A stretch of 57,068 nt of DNA from Dehalococcoidia bacterium. GTDB taxonomy: Bacteria > Chloroflexota > Dehalococcoidia > SHXV01. The position numbers and the translations under genes are program-made. This document shows, piece after piece, positions 10,264 through 20,601 of this stretch (positions are counted from its first letter, which is position 1; every line of letters begins with the position of its first letter). Location of the stretch: NCBI GenBank assembly GCA_009693105.1, contig SHXV01000003.1, positions 1-57,068 of the forward strand, read 5' to 3'. The notes beneath the pieces were generated by a model, which was not told where the DNA came from, did no database searches, and saw only the letters and a program-made list of their open reading frames with translations.

Positions 10264-11190
10264 CTACCAGCTCTTTCCGCCGTCACCGCTGCGGTAAAGG
10301 CGCCCATCGCTGTCGATTGCGAAGATCGTGCCGGGTTCCCTGGGCCAGGTAGCGAGCGAGGCGATGGGCCGGCGCAGCGCCAGCGTCTCCCAGCTCTTCC
10401 CCCGGTCGGCGGTTGCGTAGGCGCCGGCGTCCGTCCCCACGATAAGGCGGCCGTCGCCATCGATGGCGACGGCGTTGACGGCCAACGGGGAGTCCAGTAT
10501 GCGCTGCCAGAGCCGGCCATCGCTGGAGCCGACCCAGGCGCCGGAGCCGGGCACGGCGGCATACAACGTCTCCTGGCAGCAGACCCGCTGCGCGGCGGCT
10601 ACGGTCTTCGCCTCTCCCGGCAGGCTATCGCGCGGCATCCACGTAGCGCCGCTGTCATCGCTCTGGTAGAACGCGCCGGAGACGAGGTGGATGAAGAGCA
10701 CGCCGGTATCGGTGGGTGAGGCCAGGATGAAGCGGATATCGGACCCGGGGAGGGCGGCGCCGGGCAGGGGGCGCCATGTTCTACCACCGTCTTCGCTGCG
10801 CTCCACCATGCCGCTGCCGGCGGCGTACAGCGTGTCCGGCGCCGTGGCGTCGGCGGTGATGGATGTCGCGTTCCAGCCGGGGCGGTCCAACAGCACCTGC
10901 CAGGACAGGCCACCATCGCGGCTCACTCGTAGCCGGTCACCCTCCAACGCGTACAGCGTGCGCGGATCGGCCGGGCTGGTGAGCAGGGTGCGGACGGTAC
11001 CGGCGTCAAAGCGGTGGATAACGGCTCCAGGGCTGGACGTTGGGCGGAACACGGAGACGAGGACGGCGGCCAGGAGTAGAGCCGCGATGGCGAGGAAGAA
11101 GACGGCGTCTCGGGAGCCGATGGTTAGGCGGGACCACCGTCGCCGGGGGGCGAACTCCGTGCTGCTCACTTTGCTTGCTTCACCGGCCAT
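10264..11190 (-). CDS. Membrane-anchored BNR/Asp-box beta-propeller protein
   Basis: N-terminal TM; Asp-boxes SRDGGLSW, SEDGGRTW, SDDSGATW, TADRGKSW, SGDGGKSW. Confidence 0.8.
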   Translation of the reverse strand: MAGEASKVSSTEFAPRRRWSRLTIGSRDAVFFLAIAALLLAAVLVSVFRPTSSPGAVIHRFDAGTVRTLLTSPADPRTLYALEGDRLRVSRDGGLSWQVLLDRPGWNATSITADATAPDTLYAAGSGMVERSEDGGRTWRPLPGAALPGSDIRFILASPTDTGVLFIHLVSGAFYQSDDSGATWMPRDSLPGEAKTVAAAQRVCCQETLYAAVPGSGAWVGSSDGRLWQRILDSPLAVNAVAIDGDGRLIVGTDAGAYATADRGKSWETLALRRPIASLATWPREPGTIFAIDSDGRLYRSGDGGKSW

Positions 11191-11258
11191 GGGCGTTGCG
11201 AGACCTCCTGGCTGGTAGTATACGCGTCACGGCTAGAGGCCGAACCGTGTGACGGCCG

Positions 11259-12972
11259 ATGGAAACCCAGAGCGAGATACTCCGCGCCCTTGTGATTATC
11301 ATCACGGCGGCGGCGGCAGGCGGCATGCTGGCTAGCTTGGTGCGCCTGCCCGCCATCCTCGGCTACCTTCTGGCGGGGGTTGTCGTGGCCCAGGTCCTGC
11401 CGGGAGGGGAGATCGATCCCTCACAGGTGCGGGACATAGCGGAGCTGGGGGTGGCGCTGCTCCTGTTCACACTCGGGTTGCAGTTCTCCTTCTTCAAGTT
11501 CAGCGGCGTCCGCAGGGCGGCGATCATCGGGTGGATCGCCCAGATTACGCTCACGATCGCGCTGGGCGTGCTGCTGGGCGGCGCGCTGGGGTTCGGACGC
11601 ACGGGGTCGCTGGTGCTGGGCTCCGCGATGGCGCTGAGTTCAACGATGGTAGCGCTCACCCTCATGGACCCGCGCAACGAGGTCTCCACGCTGCACGGCC
11701 GGATGCCCCTCGGCGTCCTGTTGGTGCAGGATCTGGCGGTGGTGCCGCTGGTCATCCTCCTCACGACGCTGGCCGGTGGCTCCCAGGACAACCTGCCGGT
11801 GGAGTTCGGGCTGGCCGCCGTGGAGGCCGCTGGGCTGCTGCTGGCAGCCTACCTCCTGGGCTGCAGGGGGCTGCCGTGGTTGCTGCCCCGGGTGGCGCGT
11901 CGCGGGTTCCCACGAACTCTTTCTCCTCACCATCCTCACGCTGGCGCTGGGACTGGCCGCGGGCAGCTAGGCGCTGGGGCTTTCGATCGCACTGGGGGCG
12001 TTCCTGGCGGGGCTGGTGATAGCAGAATCGGAGTTCAGCTATCGCACGCTATCCGAAGTGCTGCCCCTGCGGGACGTCTTCGCCACGGTGTTCTTCGTTC
12101 TCGATGGGGATGCTGGCGGACCCGGGCGTGCTGATGGACCACCCGGTCCAGGTTGCCGTCGTTGCCGCGGCGATCGTCGGCGGCAAGTTCTTCCTCTCCG
12201 CGGGGCCGCTCGCGCTGCTGGGGCTGCCCCTGCGCACGGCCATCCCGGCAGGGCTGCTGCTGGCGCAGTCGGGCGAGCTCTGCTTCCTCCTAGCGCAGAT
12301 GGGGCGGAATGAGGGCCTGATCAGCGATGACCTCAGCTCGGTCATCCTCATGGTTTCGCTCGCCAGCATCGTGATCAGCCCCTTCCTGGTGCAAGCGGTG
12401 CCGCGGATCAACGGGGCGCTTACGGCGGCGCCGGGACTGTGGCAGCTGTTCCAGGAGTCGGACGTGATCGAGGCGCGCGTCGATGAGCGGTCCCTGCAGG
12501 GGCCAACGTGGTCGTCTGCGGCTACGGGCGCGTGGGGCGAGAGCCGGTGATGGAGCTGTAGCGCGAACACATCCCCTGCGTGGTGATCGAACAGAACCCC
12601 TACCTGATCCATCGGCTCCGGGAGAACGGCGTGTCCTACATCTACGGGGACGCGGCGAACGAATCGGTGCTGTCCGCCTGTCGGCTGAGTGAGGAGCGTC
12701 TCCTCGCGATTACGCTGCCAGACCCGGCGGCGACGGCGTACATCATCTCCTTCGCGCGCCCGGCCAATCCGGCGCTCGACATCCTTGTGCGTGGACACGC
12801 GGTGGAGGACCTGGATACGCTGCGAGCGGCAGGGGCGACGGAGGTGGTGCACCCGGAGTTCGAGGATTCGCTGGAGTTCATCCGGCACACGCTGGCCCGC
12901 TACAGCCGCGATCCGGAGGAGTTACGGGGACGGCGGGACGCCATGCGCCGGGACTTCTACCGCCGGCCCTGA
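11259..12972 (+). pseudogene. CPA2 cation:proton antiporter (KefC/YbaL-like) with TrkA-N domain, disrupted
   Basis: AELGVALLLFTLGL, LSST, QDL, GAFLAG, LAQSGE, CGYGRVG and YGDA motifs are spread over different frames; frameshifts near 11905, 12100 and 12505; in-frame TAG at 11968-11970 and 12559-12561. Confidence 0.85.
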
Positions 12973-12977
12973 GCCGC

Positions 12978-13799
12978 TTATGTCCGCTCGCCCCGCTCCG
13001 GAAGCGCGCGGGTGATGCGCTGGTTCTCCCGCGCCCGCTGGATGGCGTAAGACGGGCCGGATGCGTCTCCGGCGGAGGACAGGGGAGGGTTGTTCATCGC
13101 GTGGACGGCCTGGATGTGGGCGGCAAAGCCCTGCATGTCCTGCACCTGGTTGGCGGCGAACTTCAGCGTGCGCAGCCGGGCGGGATCGTTCGCGGCGACA
13201 CGGACGGCGTAGGCCATCGTCTCCTCATCGAGGCTCGCGTCCGGCAGGACACGGTTCACCAGCCCCAGGCGCTCTGCCTCCCGCGCATCGATGAAGCGGC
13301 CCTCAAACAGCAGTTCCTTGGTCTTGCGCACGCCGATGTCCCAAGGGATGGAGAAGTACTGGAACTGGACGCCGAGGAACTGGGCGGTCTCCGCAGCGAA
13401 GATGACGTCCATGGCGGAGGCGATCATCCAGCCGCCGTAGATGCAGTAGCCCTGCACGGCGGCGATGGTGGGCTTGGGGAGGTTGCGCCAGCGCAGCGTC
13501 CGGTCCACGAACAGATCGACGCCGAGGCGGAAGCGCAGCGCCATATCGTCGCCGCTGAAGGGGCTGGGAGCGGTATCGGCCAGTTCTTCCGGCGTGCCCA
13601 GGTCGTGGCCGGAAGAGAAGGCATCGCCCTCGCCCCGCAGGACGATGACCCGCACGCCCGGATCGTCGACGGCGCGGGTGAAGGCGTCGTCCATCTCCCC
13701 CAGCATGCGGCGGCTCTGGGCATTGCGATACCGGGGCCGGTTCATGCTGATCCGGGCGACCCGATCGCTAACGTCATAGAGGATATCGTGGTAATCCAT
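12978..13799 (-). CDS. Enoyl-CoA hydratase/crotonase family protein
   Basis: ISMNRPRYRNAQ, FSSGHDL, KPTIAAVQGYCIYGG, EAERLGLVNRV; start could be 13823. Confidence 0.9.
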   Translation of the reverse strand: MDYHDILYDVSDRVARISMNRPRYRNAQSRRMLGEMDDAFTRAVDDPGVRVIVLRGEGDAFSSGHDLGTPEELADTAPSPFSGDDMALRFRLGVDLFVDRTLRWRNLPKPTIAAVQGYCIYGGWMIASAMDVIFAAETAQFLGVQFQYFSIPWDIGVRKTKELLFEGRFIDAREAERLGLVNRVLPDASLDEETMAYAVRVAANDPARLRTLKFAANQVQDMQGFAAHIQAVHAMNNPPLSSAGDASGPSYAIQRARENQRITRALPERGERT

Positions 13800-13880
13800 A
13801 TCCGCCCCGGAGATACCCCCCATAGCTAACGGCCAGGTTCCTGCGAGTGGCCCTCGCTTCTCCTTCACGCGCCCATCCCG

Positions 13881-14240
13881 TTAGTCTTCCAAGTTACGCA
13901 CCGCGGAGCCGGGCACGGTGATTGTGATGTGCGAGAAGTCATGATCCTCGCCCGCACCATGCCAGTGCTTCTCCCCGGCCGGACTGAACACGATATCCCC
14001 GACCTCCACGATCTGCCGATACCCGTCGGTTGCCACGATTCCGCTCCCGCCCGTGACGATCAACACCTGGTCGCAATCGTGGTCATGCCATTTGCTACGG
14101 TTGCCGGAAGGGAAGTTCACGATGCTCAGGGAAAAATCCTTACTCTCGCTGACCAACGCCTGTCGGGTAATCCCGTCGCCGACATAGAGCGGGCTTGCCG
14201 ATGATTCCCTCGCTGTGTCCTGCATGCGCTTGATGTCCAC
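13881..14240 (-). CDS. Cupin domain protein
   Basis: WHDHDCDQ and GDIVFSPAGEKHWHGA; GGAGG RBS. Confidence 0.9.
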   Translation of the reverse strand: MDIKRMQDTARESSASPLYVGDGITRQALVSESKDFSLSIVNFPSGNRSKWHDHDCDQVLIVTGGSGIVATDGYRQIVEVGDIVFSPAGEKHWHGAGEDHDFSHITITVPGSAVRNLED

Positions 14241-14285
14241 TGGCGCCTCCTGATGCCCTTCGTCCGCTGCGATGGTGGTGGAGAT

Positions 14286-16733
14286 TTAGTCGGCTGTGGG
14301 CACCGGCTGCACGCGTAACAGCGCTTCGATCTCCGGGGCTGAGAGTCCGATCTCCCGCAACACTGATTCCGTCTGCTCGCCGAACGGAACTGCCGGCTCA
14401 GCGCGCGCCGGTGTCATCGAGAAAGTGACTGGCGGGCCCTGGCGCATCATGCGCCCCATACCCGGGCGATCCGTCATCACGATAAAGCCGTTACTCCTGA
14501 CGGTCTCATCCATAAGCATGAAGTCGTCCGGACGGATCTTGTCCGCGCGGGCAGCCGGGACGCCGTAATCCTCGAAGTGTCGTACCCAGTCGTCTGCTGT
14601 CCGCTCGGCGAGGACGAGGGTAATCCACGCGATGAGTTGGTCGTCATGAACAAGCCGGGCCTCGCCGGTAGCGAAGCTGTCCTCTCGTAGCCACTCACTC
14701 CTGCCCAGGGCTGTGCAGAGCGCTTCCCACTCTTCCTCCAAAGGGCATGTGATGAACAGCCACCCCTCCCTTGTTGCGTACATGCGATTGAGCGCGTGCG
14801 TCCCCCGCTGATTCCGATCGAGCGCCCGGCGCTCCGGCTTCCCCTTGTAACGGAGGAAATCGTCCGAGCATATATAGCAGTTGCTCATGAGCATGGTCGT
14901 CTCGACGTACTGGCCCTCGCCCGTGCGATCCTTGTGGTAGAGGGCGAGCGCGAGGGCTGTGGCGACTCCGATCGCGGCGGTGACATCCGGCGAGCCCTCA
15001 TTCGCCGCTGCCATCGCCGCGCTCGTCTTCGTGATCTCTTCAATCGACATTGGCGCATCGTTTGGGGGCGGCTCGTTTCCTGCGCCCAGCTGCCAGAGGG
15101 CGCCGCCGCTCAGAGCGCCGCCAATCGGGTGGAAAGCGGCGCGGCCAGCACCCGGGCCGGACGACCCGTAGGAGCCGGCGTAGAGGTAGATGATGTTGCG
15201 GTTGATTTTCCTCACCGTCTCGTAGTCGAGGCCAAGCCGGTTCGGGGCCGCGCCACGCATGTTGTGCATGATGGCGTCCGCCTTGGCTATCAGCCTTGTG
15301 AGCACTTGCCGCGCCGCATCCGTCTTCAGATCGAGGACGACACTTTCCTTTCCCTGCAGCGTGCGCCCACGACCGGCCGTCATCTTCCGGTGCTCGTCGC
15401 CCGAGGGCGGCTCGATCTTGATCACCCGCGCGCCAAGGTCCGCGATCAGCGAGGTGCCGACCGGAGCGGCCAGCCATGACGAGAAGTCGAGGACGACCAT
15501 GCCTTCGAACGGGTGCTTCGGCAGGTTCCCGTTTGGCACCGCCGCCCGCGCGGTGCCATTCTTCGCCGTGGCCATGGCTAGCGCTTCCTCGGTGTGCTGG
15601 CCGAGGAGGGGCGCACCCGAGCGAACCCGCGATGGCGTTCCGGCGAACCTGACGAGCGGCGCGATCTGTTTGGTCGGCCCGACCGACCGGTCATCGACAT
15701 CGATGACGCCGCCGTTGTGGACGGTCTGCGCATGGTCCATCGCCTGCTGCGTCGTGAGGAAGCGATCACCACCGACGTCGTTGGCGGCGAAGATGGCGAG
15801 CCATTCGTCCAGTGTGCGCGTGAGCATCGCCTCATAGATCATGCGACGCAGTTCCGCCTTGTCCTCGCGGGTCGCGAAGACGAAGGGCGCGCCCTTGAAG
15901 CGCTCGTCCTCGTAGATGTGACGGAGGCCGATCGCCTTCATCCAGTTGGGGAAGAGCCGGGCGGCAAGACAGGTGATCTGAATCCATTGCCCGTCCCTGC
16001 AGCGAGCCACGAGGTAAGGGAGATTGATGTCCGCGCCCGGTGGTGGAGTGCCTCCCGTCGCGCCCGTGAGCCCGGCAAGGTCTATCGGCTCTATAAGGCC
16101 CAACTCGACCTGGCGAGCGAGCGCGCTGCGGGAGTCATAGAGGCTCAGCCCCTGATAGAGGCTGGTCTCCACCCGCTGGCCCTGCCCTGTTCTGTTCCGG
16201 ACACGCAACGCGGCAACGATGCCTTGGACCGCAAAATTGGCCGCGCCCCAGCTGCCGTTTGGCCGCGCCCGGTAGATTGGACCGTTGCCCTGCCGGCCCA
16301 GGAGGACGCTGAGATACTCCCCTGCCCTGGCGGCGATCAGTCCTTCGTAAGGTTTGAGTTGGGCGTACGCTCCCTTTGAGCCAAGGCCGGTGATCGAACA
16401 GTAAACGACGCTTGGATTCTGGGCGGCAACGGCGTCGTAGCCAATCCCAAGACGGTCGGCGGTCCCCGGAAGGAAGTTCTCTACGACAACGTCAGCATTG
16501 GAAGCCAGCTGGAGCGCTGCGCTCCGCCCCTCCGCTGTATCGAGGTCAAGGACGACACTGCGCTTGCCGCGGTTCCACATAATCCACGCAGCCTCGCTGC
16601 GCCATGGATCGCCGCCAGGAGGCTCCACCTTGGTTACATCCGAGCCGTTGTCCGCCAAGAGCATTGTCGCGACGCTGCCGGCCATACCCTGGCTAAAGTC
16701 GACGACGCTGACGCCTTCCAATATCTGTGCCAT
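14286..16733 (-). CDS. Fused two-domain family III CoA-transferase (CaiB/BaiF)
   Basis: Two repeats: GSDVTKVEPPGGD/NRGKRS and GARVIKIEPPSGD/GKES. Confidence 0.9.
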   Translation of the reverse strand: MAQILEGVSVVDFSQGMAGSVATMLLADNGSDVTKVEPPGGDPWRSEAAWIMWNRGKRSVVLDLDTAEGRSAALQLASNADVVVENFLPGTADRLGIGYDAVAAQNPSVVYCSITGLGSKGAYAQLKPYEGLIAARAGEYLSVLLGRQGNGPIYRARPNGSWGAANFAVQGIVAALRVRNRTGQGQRVETSLYQGLSLYDSRSALARQVELGLIEPIDLAGLTGATGGTPPPGADINLPYLVARCRDGQWIQITCLAARLFPNWMKAIGLRHIYEDERFKGAPFVFATREDKAELRRMIYEAMLTRTLDEWLAIFAANDVGGDRFLTTQQAMDHAQTVHNGGVIDVDDRSVGPTKQIAPLVRFAGTPSRVRSGAPLLGQHTEEALAMATAKNGTARAAVPNGNLPKHPFEGMVVLDFSSWLAAPVGTSLIADLGARVIKIEPPSGDEHRKMTAGRGRTLQGKESVVLDLKTDAARQVLTRLIAKADAIMHNMRGAAPNRLGLDYETVRKINRNIIYLYAGSYGSSGPGAGRAAFHPIGGALSGGALWQLGAGNEPPPNDAPMSIEEITKTSAAMAAANEGSPDVTAAIGVATALALALYHKDRTGEGQYVETTMLMSNCYICSDDFLRYKGKPERRALDRNQRGTHALNRMYATREGWLFITCPLEEEWEALCTALGRSEWLREDSFATGEARLVHDDQLIAWITLVLAERTADDWVRHFEDYGVPAARADKIRPDDFMLMDETVRSNGFIVMTDRPGMGRMMRQGPPVTFSMTPARAEPAVPFGEQTESVLREIGLSAPEIEALLRVQPVPTAD

Positions 16734-16750
16734 GCTCTTGGCGCTCCGAC

Positions 16751-17167
16751 TCAGGCCTGGCGCGGCTGGAATTTGGGGAGGGTGATCGTGTCTGTCACGT
16801 CGTCCCAGACGACCTCGACCGCCATGCCGACTTTCACCTGGTCAGGGGGAACGTTAATGACGTTGCTTAGCATCTGGTAGCCGCCATCGATGTCGATGAT
16901 CGCGACGACGTACGGCACCTCGAAAGAGGGCGTCTGGGGCCGCCAGACAGTCGTATAGCTATAGACCTTTCCCGTGCCGCTGGATGGCACCCACTCCAGT
17001 GTCTCCGTGAAGCAGTAGCGGCAGAAATCCTGCGGAATGAAGATGAGCTTTCCGCAGGAGGTGCACTTCTGCACCGTCAGCTCATGGCGGAGGCAGGCGT
17101 CCCAGAAGGGCTGGGAGATCGGCGTTGGATGAGGGACTGGTAACTGCGGCTTTGCTTCTATCGTCAT
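16751..17167 (-). CDS. Zn-ribbon/OB-fold DUF35 protein (thiolase partner)
   Basis: PFWDA...QKCTSCG...CRYC, GKVYSYT, VKVGMAVEV; GGAGG RBS before MTIEAK. Confidence 0.9.
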   Translation of the reverse strand: MTIEAKPQLPVPHPTPISQPFWDACLRHELTVQKCTSCGKLIFIPQDFCRYCFTETLEWVPSSGTGKVYSYTTVWRPQTPSFEVPYVVAIIDIDGGYQMLSNVINVPPDQVKVGMAVEVVWDDVTDTITLPKFQPRQA

Positions 17168-17186
17168 GAGAACGCGCCTCCAAGAA

Positions 17187-18335
17187 CTAGGGGCGCTGGT
17201 CACCGACCAGCAGTACGTCCGTATACAGGGCGCCCGCCCCGCCGTTGTTCGTGATCGCGACATGGGCGTTCGGCACTTGATTCACGACTGAATCGCCGCG
17301 CACCTGGCGCACAGCCTGGATGATGCGCTGGAGTCTCTGGACATTTCCGCTGTGGCTGAAGGACATCAGCCCACCATCGGTGACGATGGGGAACTTACCG
17401 CCGGGCTGGATTGCTCCCGACTCCACGAATGGTCCGCCTTCGCCCTGTCCGCAGAACCCGAAGACCTCCAGCATGCGGATCACTTCCCAGGAGAAGTTGT
17501 CGTAGAACTCACAAACGTCAACGTCATTTGGAGTGATGCCCGCCATCCGGAAGGCTCGCTTCGCTGCACCGACGCCGGTTTCGTCGAGCATGTCGTAGGA
17601 CGGCGGATGCTGGTAGGCAGGCCCTTCCCCTTCCATTCCCCCACCGAGGACGTAAACCGGAGGCTTCGGTCGATCCTGGGCGCGGTCCGCCCGCGTGAGG
17701 ATCATCGCGCCTCCGCCCTCCGAGGTCATCGCACAGTCCAGGAGGTGATAGGGATCGGCGATCATTCGGGAGTTCAGGACATCCTCAGGCGTGAAGGGAC
17801 CGCGCCCGTAGTAGACCGCGCCCGGGTTGATGTTCCCGTTGTTGCGAATGGTCGCCGCGACGGTGGCCAACTGATGGGGAGTCGTGCCGTACCGTTCCAT
17901 GTGTCGACGCGCAACGAGCGCGAATTCCGCAGCCGTGAACAGACCCCAGCACTCGACGAATTCGTTGGAAGGCCGGGTCCAGGGAGCAGTCGATTCCCGC
18001 TGAGTATAGACGCCCGCCGAGCCGCTCGCGATTAGGACCGTGTTTACGATGCCGTTGGAAATCGCGGCCGCCGCCTCCAGCACTCCCGACACCCCGACAA
18101 GGCCGCCGTTGGCCGCCCAGGTGTGTCGCAATCCCGCTTCGTATCCGAACGCCCTGGAGCCGATGCCGCCAATACACAGGCCATCGATATCGCTCAGCGT
18201 CATTCCAGCGTCGTCCAGGGCACCTCGGATCGCCTCGACCGTTATCGTTCTCGAGGTGTGCCCTTCGAGGGAGCGAGCTTGTTTGGTGTTGTACACGCCT
18301 ACTACGGCGACATCGTGCAACGGTATATTTCCCAA
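17187..18335 (-). CDS. Thiolase-superfamily protein (SCP-x/Ltp-like)
   Basis: ALDDAG...DIDG, SRMIADPYHLLDC, DVCEFYDNF, DGGLMSFSH, VRQVRG. Confidence 0.9.
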   Translation of the reverse strand: MGNIPLHDVAVVGVYNTKQARSLEGHTSRTITVEAIRGALDDAGMTLSDIDGLCIGGIGSRAFGYEAGLRHTWAANGGLVGVSGVLEAAAAISNGIVNTVLIASGSAGVYTQRESTAPWTRPSNEFVECWGLFTAAEFALVARRHMERYGTTPHQLATVAATIRNNGNINPGAVYYGRGPFTPEDVLNSRMIADPYHLLDCAMTSEGGGAMILTRADRAQDRPKPPVYVLGGGMEGEGPAYQHPPSYDMLDETGVGAAKRAFRMAGITPNDVDVCEFYDNFSWEVIRMLEVFGFCGQGEGGPFVESGAIQPGGKFPIVTDGGLMSFSHSGNVQRLQRIIQAVRQVRGDSVVNQVPNAHVAITNNGGAGALYTDVLLVGDQRP

Positions 18336-18353
18336 AGTCCTACTCCTGCTCGG

Positions 18354-19562
18354 CTAACCGGAGACTCTCGAACTGGCAGCGCCCGCGGCCGGGGTTTCGG
18401 TGATCGCGCGGTCCAGGTCGAGCCCAAAGTATTCCGCCGGGTTCTCAAGGAGGATCTTCCGCTTCAGGCTTTCCGGGACGTCGTCAAAGATCATCTGAAG
18501 CCATCTCCGCGAATGGGGGAAGGAGCCGACGGAATGGGGGAAGTCGCTTCCCCACATCAAGTTCTCCGCCGGCAGATGATCGCGCAGCTTCATCGCCAGA
18601 GGATCTCGAATAAAGCTAAACAGGAAGTGCTTCTTCACATACTCGCTCGGCAGCATGGGGAGGTCCGCCTTGAGGGCCTTTTTATAGAGCTTGTAGCTGT
18701 CGTCCATCATAAAGAACGCCTCTGGCATCCAGCTTGCGTTCGTCTCCGCGATGTATATCCGCAGGCTCGGGAGTCTCTCGAACACGCCCGAGCCGATCAT
18801 CTGGGCAATGGCGTACACCCGCCCCGACGAGCGGATGGAGATCGTGGTGGCGAACGGTCGGCCAGCCGATCCAGCGACGCTGAGCGGGCCAGACAGTGCG
18901 CCAAAGTTGCCGTGAGGGGATAGCGCCACTCCCAGATCGAGCGCCGTCTCCCAGAACCGGTCATCCTCAGGCTTCGGACTCCCTCCCCCGTTCGGGAACT
19001 GGTGGAAGCTGACCGACCGAAGACCGAGCTCCTTGCAACGCTTCAGCTCCGCGACTGCATCGTCGATGCCGGACACGGGGATAACACCGTTTCCGATAAG
19101 CCGATCCGGGGCGACAGCACAATAGTCCTGGGAAAGGAACGTGTTGTACGCCTGGACCATGGCGAGATAGGCATTGTGGTCCGATATCCCTTCGACAAAG
19201 CGCGTGGCATACACCGGCGGGAAGAGCACTTCGCAATCGATCCCGTCGGCGTCCTGTTCTCGAAGACGTTGAAGGGCTGGGCCTGCGCCCGGTGCCGGCG
19301 TGCCGTCCGGATTGAAATACGAATCGTTCATCATCTTGGCGTCGGCCTCAGTGGCGCCCGGCGCAAGCGTCTTGGCCCCGGTGATATTGTTGCCGTTATG
19401 GAGCAACGGCTGTCCTTCTACGATCCAGCCTTCGCCGCCCTCCGCGAACTTGATGAGACGGGGAGCGCGATCCCTGTACCGCGTTGGCACATATTTGACC
19501 CACGAATCGGGCGGTGTCTCCACGTGGCCATCGGCGGAGATAACCTGGTATTTGCGCGACAT
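18354..19562 (-). CDS. Amidohydrolase family 2 protein
   Basis: ISADGHVE, QDADGIDCEVLFP, MWGSDFPH. Confidence 0.9.
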   Translation of the reverse strand: MSRKYQVISADGHVETPPDSWVKYVPTRYRDRAPRLIKFAEGGEGWIVEGQPLLHNGNNITGAKTLAPGATEADAKMMNDSYFNPDGTPAPGAGPALQRLREQDADGIDCEVLFPPVYATRFVEGISDHNAYLAMVQAYNTFLSQDYCAVAPDRLIGNGVIPVSGIDDAVAELKRCKELGLRSVSFHQFPNGGGSPKPEDDRFWETALDLGVALSPHGNFGALSGPLSVAGSAGRPFATTISIRSSGRVYAIAQMIGSGVFERLPSLRIYIAETNASWMPEAFFMMDDSYKLYKKALKADLPMLPSEYVKKHFLFSFIRDPLAMKLRDHLPAENLMWGSDFPHSVGSFPHSRRWLQMIFDDVPESLKRKILLENPAEYFGLDLDRAITETPAAGAASSRVSG

Positions 19563-19671
19563 GAGCTTGTCCTTTCCCCTACTTGAGCGACTCCAACCCT
19601 GTCCTCAACGTCGGTATCGCTCGCCTACCAGCACCGGGCGGGGAGGCCGAGGGCCGATCATGCCCCATCGA

Positions 19672-20577
19672 TCAGTGGCCGATGTAGCTCTTCATGAAAC
19701 GACGCTGGTCATCGTGGTTAGGCTGCCAGCCATCGAAGAGGCTTGCGCCATCGAGCGTGTACACCGGTCGGTTGAGCTCGTAGAGCAGAGGCAAGCTCTG
19801 GATAACGCGGCTCGTCAGCACTTTCGGGTCGCCGCTGCTGAGCGCCAGCGCCGCTTCCACGAACGTCTCCATTGGCTCCGACCCTTGCGGCGGAGATCCC
19901 ACTGAGAGCGCGTTCGGTGTAACGATGCCGCCATTGGGCGCGAGGGCATTCACGGCGATGTTGTCCGCGTACAGATCCTGCGCCGCGCCGGTGCAGATAC
20001 GGTCGATGAAGGCTTTCGTGCCACCGTAGAGGCTTCCTCCGCCTACCCGTCGGTAGTTGCCGAGCTCCCGCCCCGGGTGAGGCCGCGGGAAGGCCTGACT
20101 GGAGGAAATCATCGTGATCCAGCCGGCGCCCTGTTCGCGCATGCCGGGGATGACTGCTCTTGCGAGGTCCCAGCCACCCCAGACGTTCACCGTAACACTG
20201 CGGAAGAACCAGTCCGCCGTCATCTCCGCGAAGGGAATGCGGCTGTCCGCCCCCCACTCCCGAGGGGCTGCGGCGCAGTGGAAGAGGATGTCCGGCGAGC
20301 TGCCGAAGGCATCGATAATTTGACGGACGATGTCGCGCTTGTCGTAATTGAGGTCGCCGATGTCAGCGCGGACCGGGATCGCGGCACCGCCAAGTGCGGC
20401 GATCCGCTGGAGGCCCTCCTCGAGCGTCCCGGCCAGGTCTTTGCGGCGACCCGCTTCGTCCCGTCCGATGAGTGCGACCTTCGCTCCCTCGGCGGCGAAG
20501 CGCACCGCGATCGCCTGGCCGATGCCGCGACTCGCGCCGGTGATGACTGCAACTCGCCCTTTCAAAGCTCGTCCCAC
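19672..20577 (-). CDS. Short-chain dehydrogenase/reductase
   Basis: TGASRGIG, catalytic YGGTK, IAVNALAP. Confidence 0.9.
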   Translation of the reverse strand: MGRALKGRVAVITGASRGIGQAIAVRFAAEGAKVALIGRDEAGRRKDLAGTLEEGLQRIAALGGAAIPVRADIGDLNYDKRDIVRQIIDAFGSSPDILFHCAAAPREWGADSRIPFAEMTADWFFRSVTVNVWGGWDLARAVIPGMREQGAGWITMISSSQAFPRPHPGRELGNYRRVGGGSLYGGTKAFIDRICTGAAQDLYADNIAVNALAPNGGIVTPNALSVGSPPQGSEPMETFVEAALALSSGDPKVLTSRVIQSLPLLYELNRPVYTLDGASLFDGWQPNHDDQRRFMKSYIGH

Positions 20578-20601
20578 AAGGTTTCCTTCCTACCTATTGC
20601 G

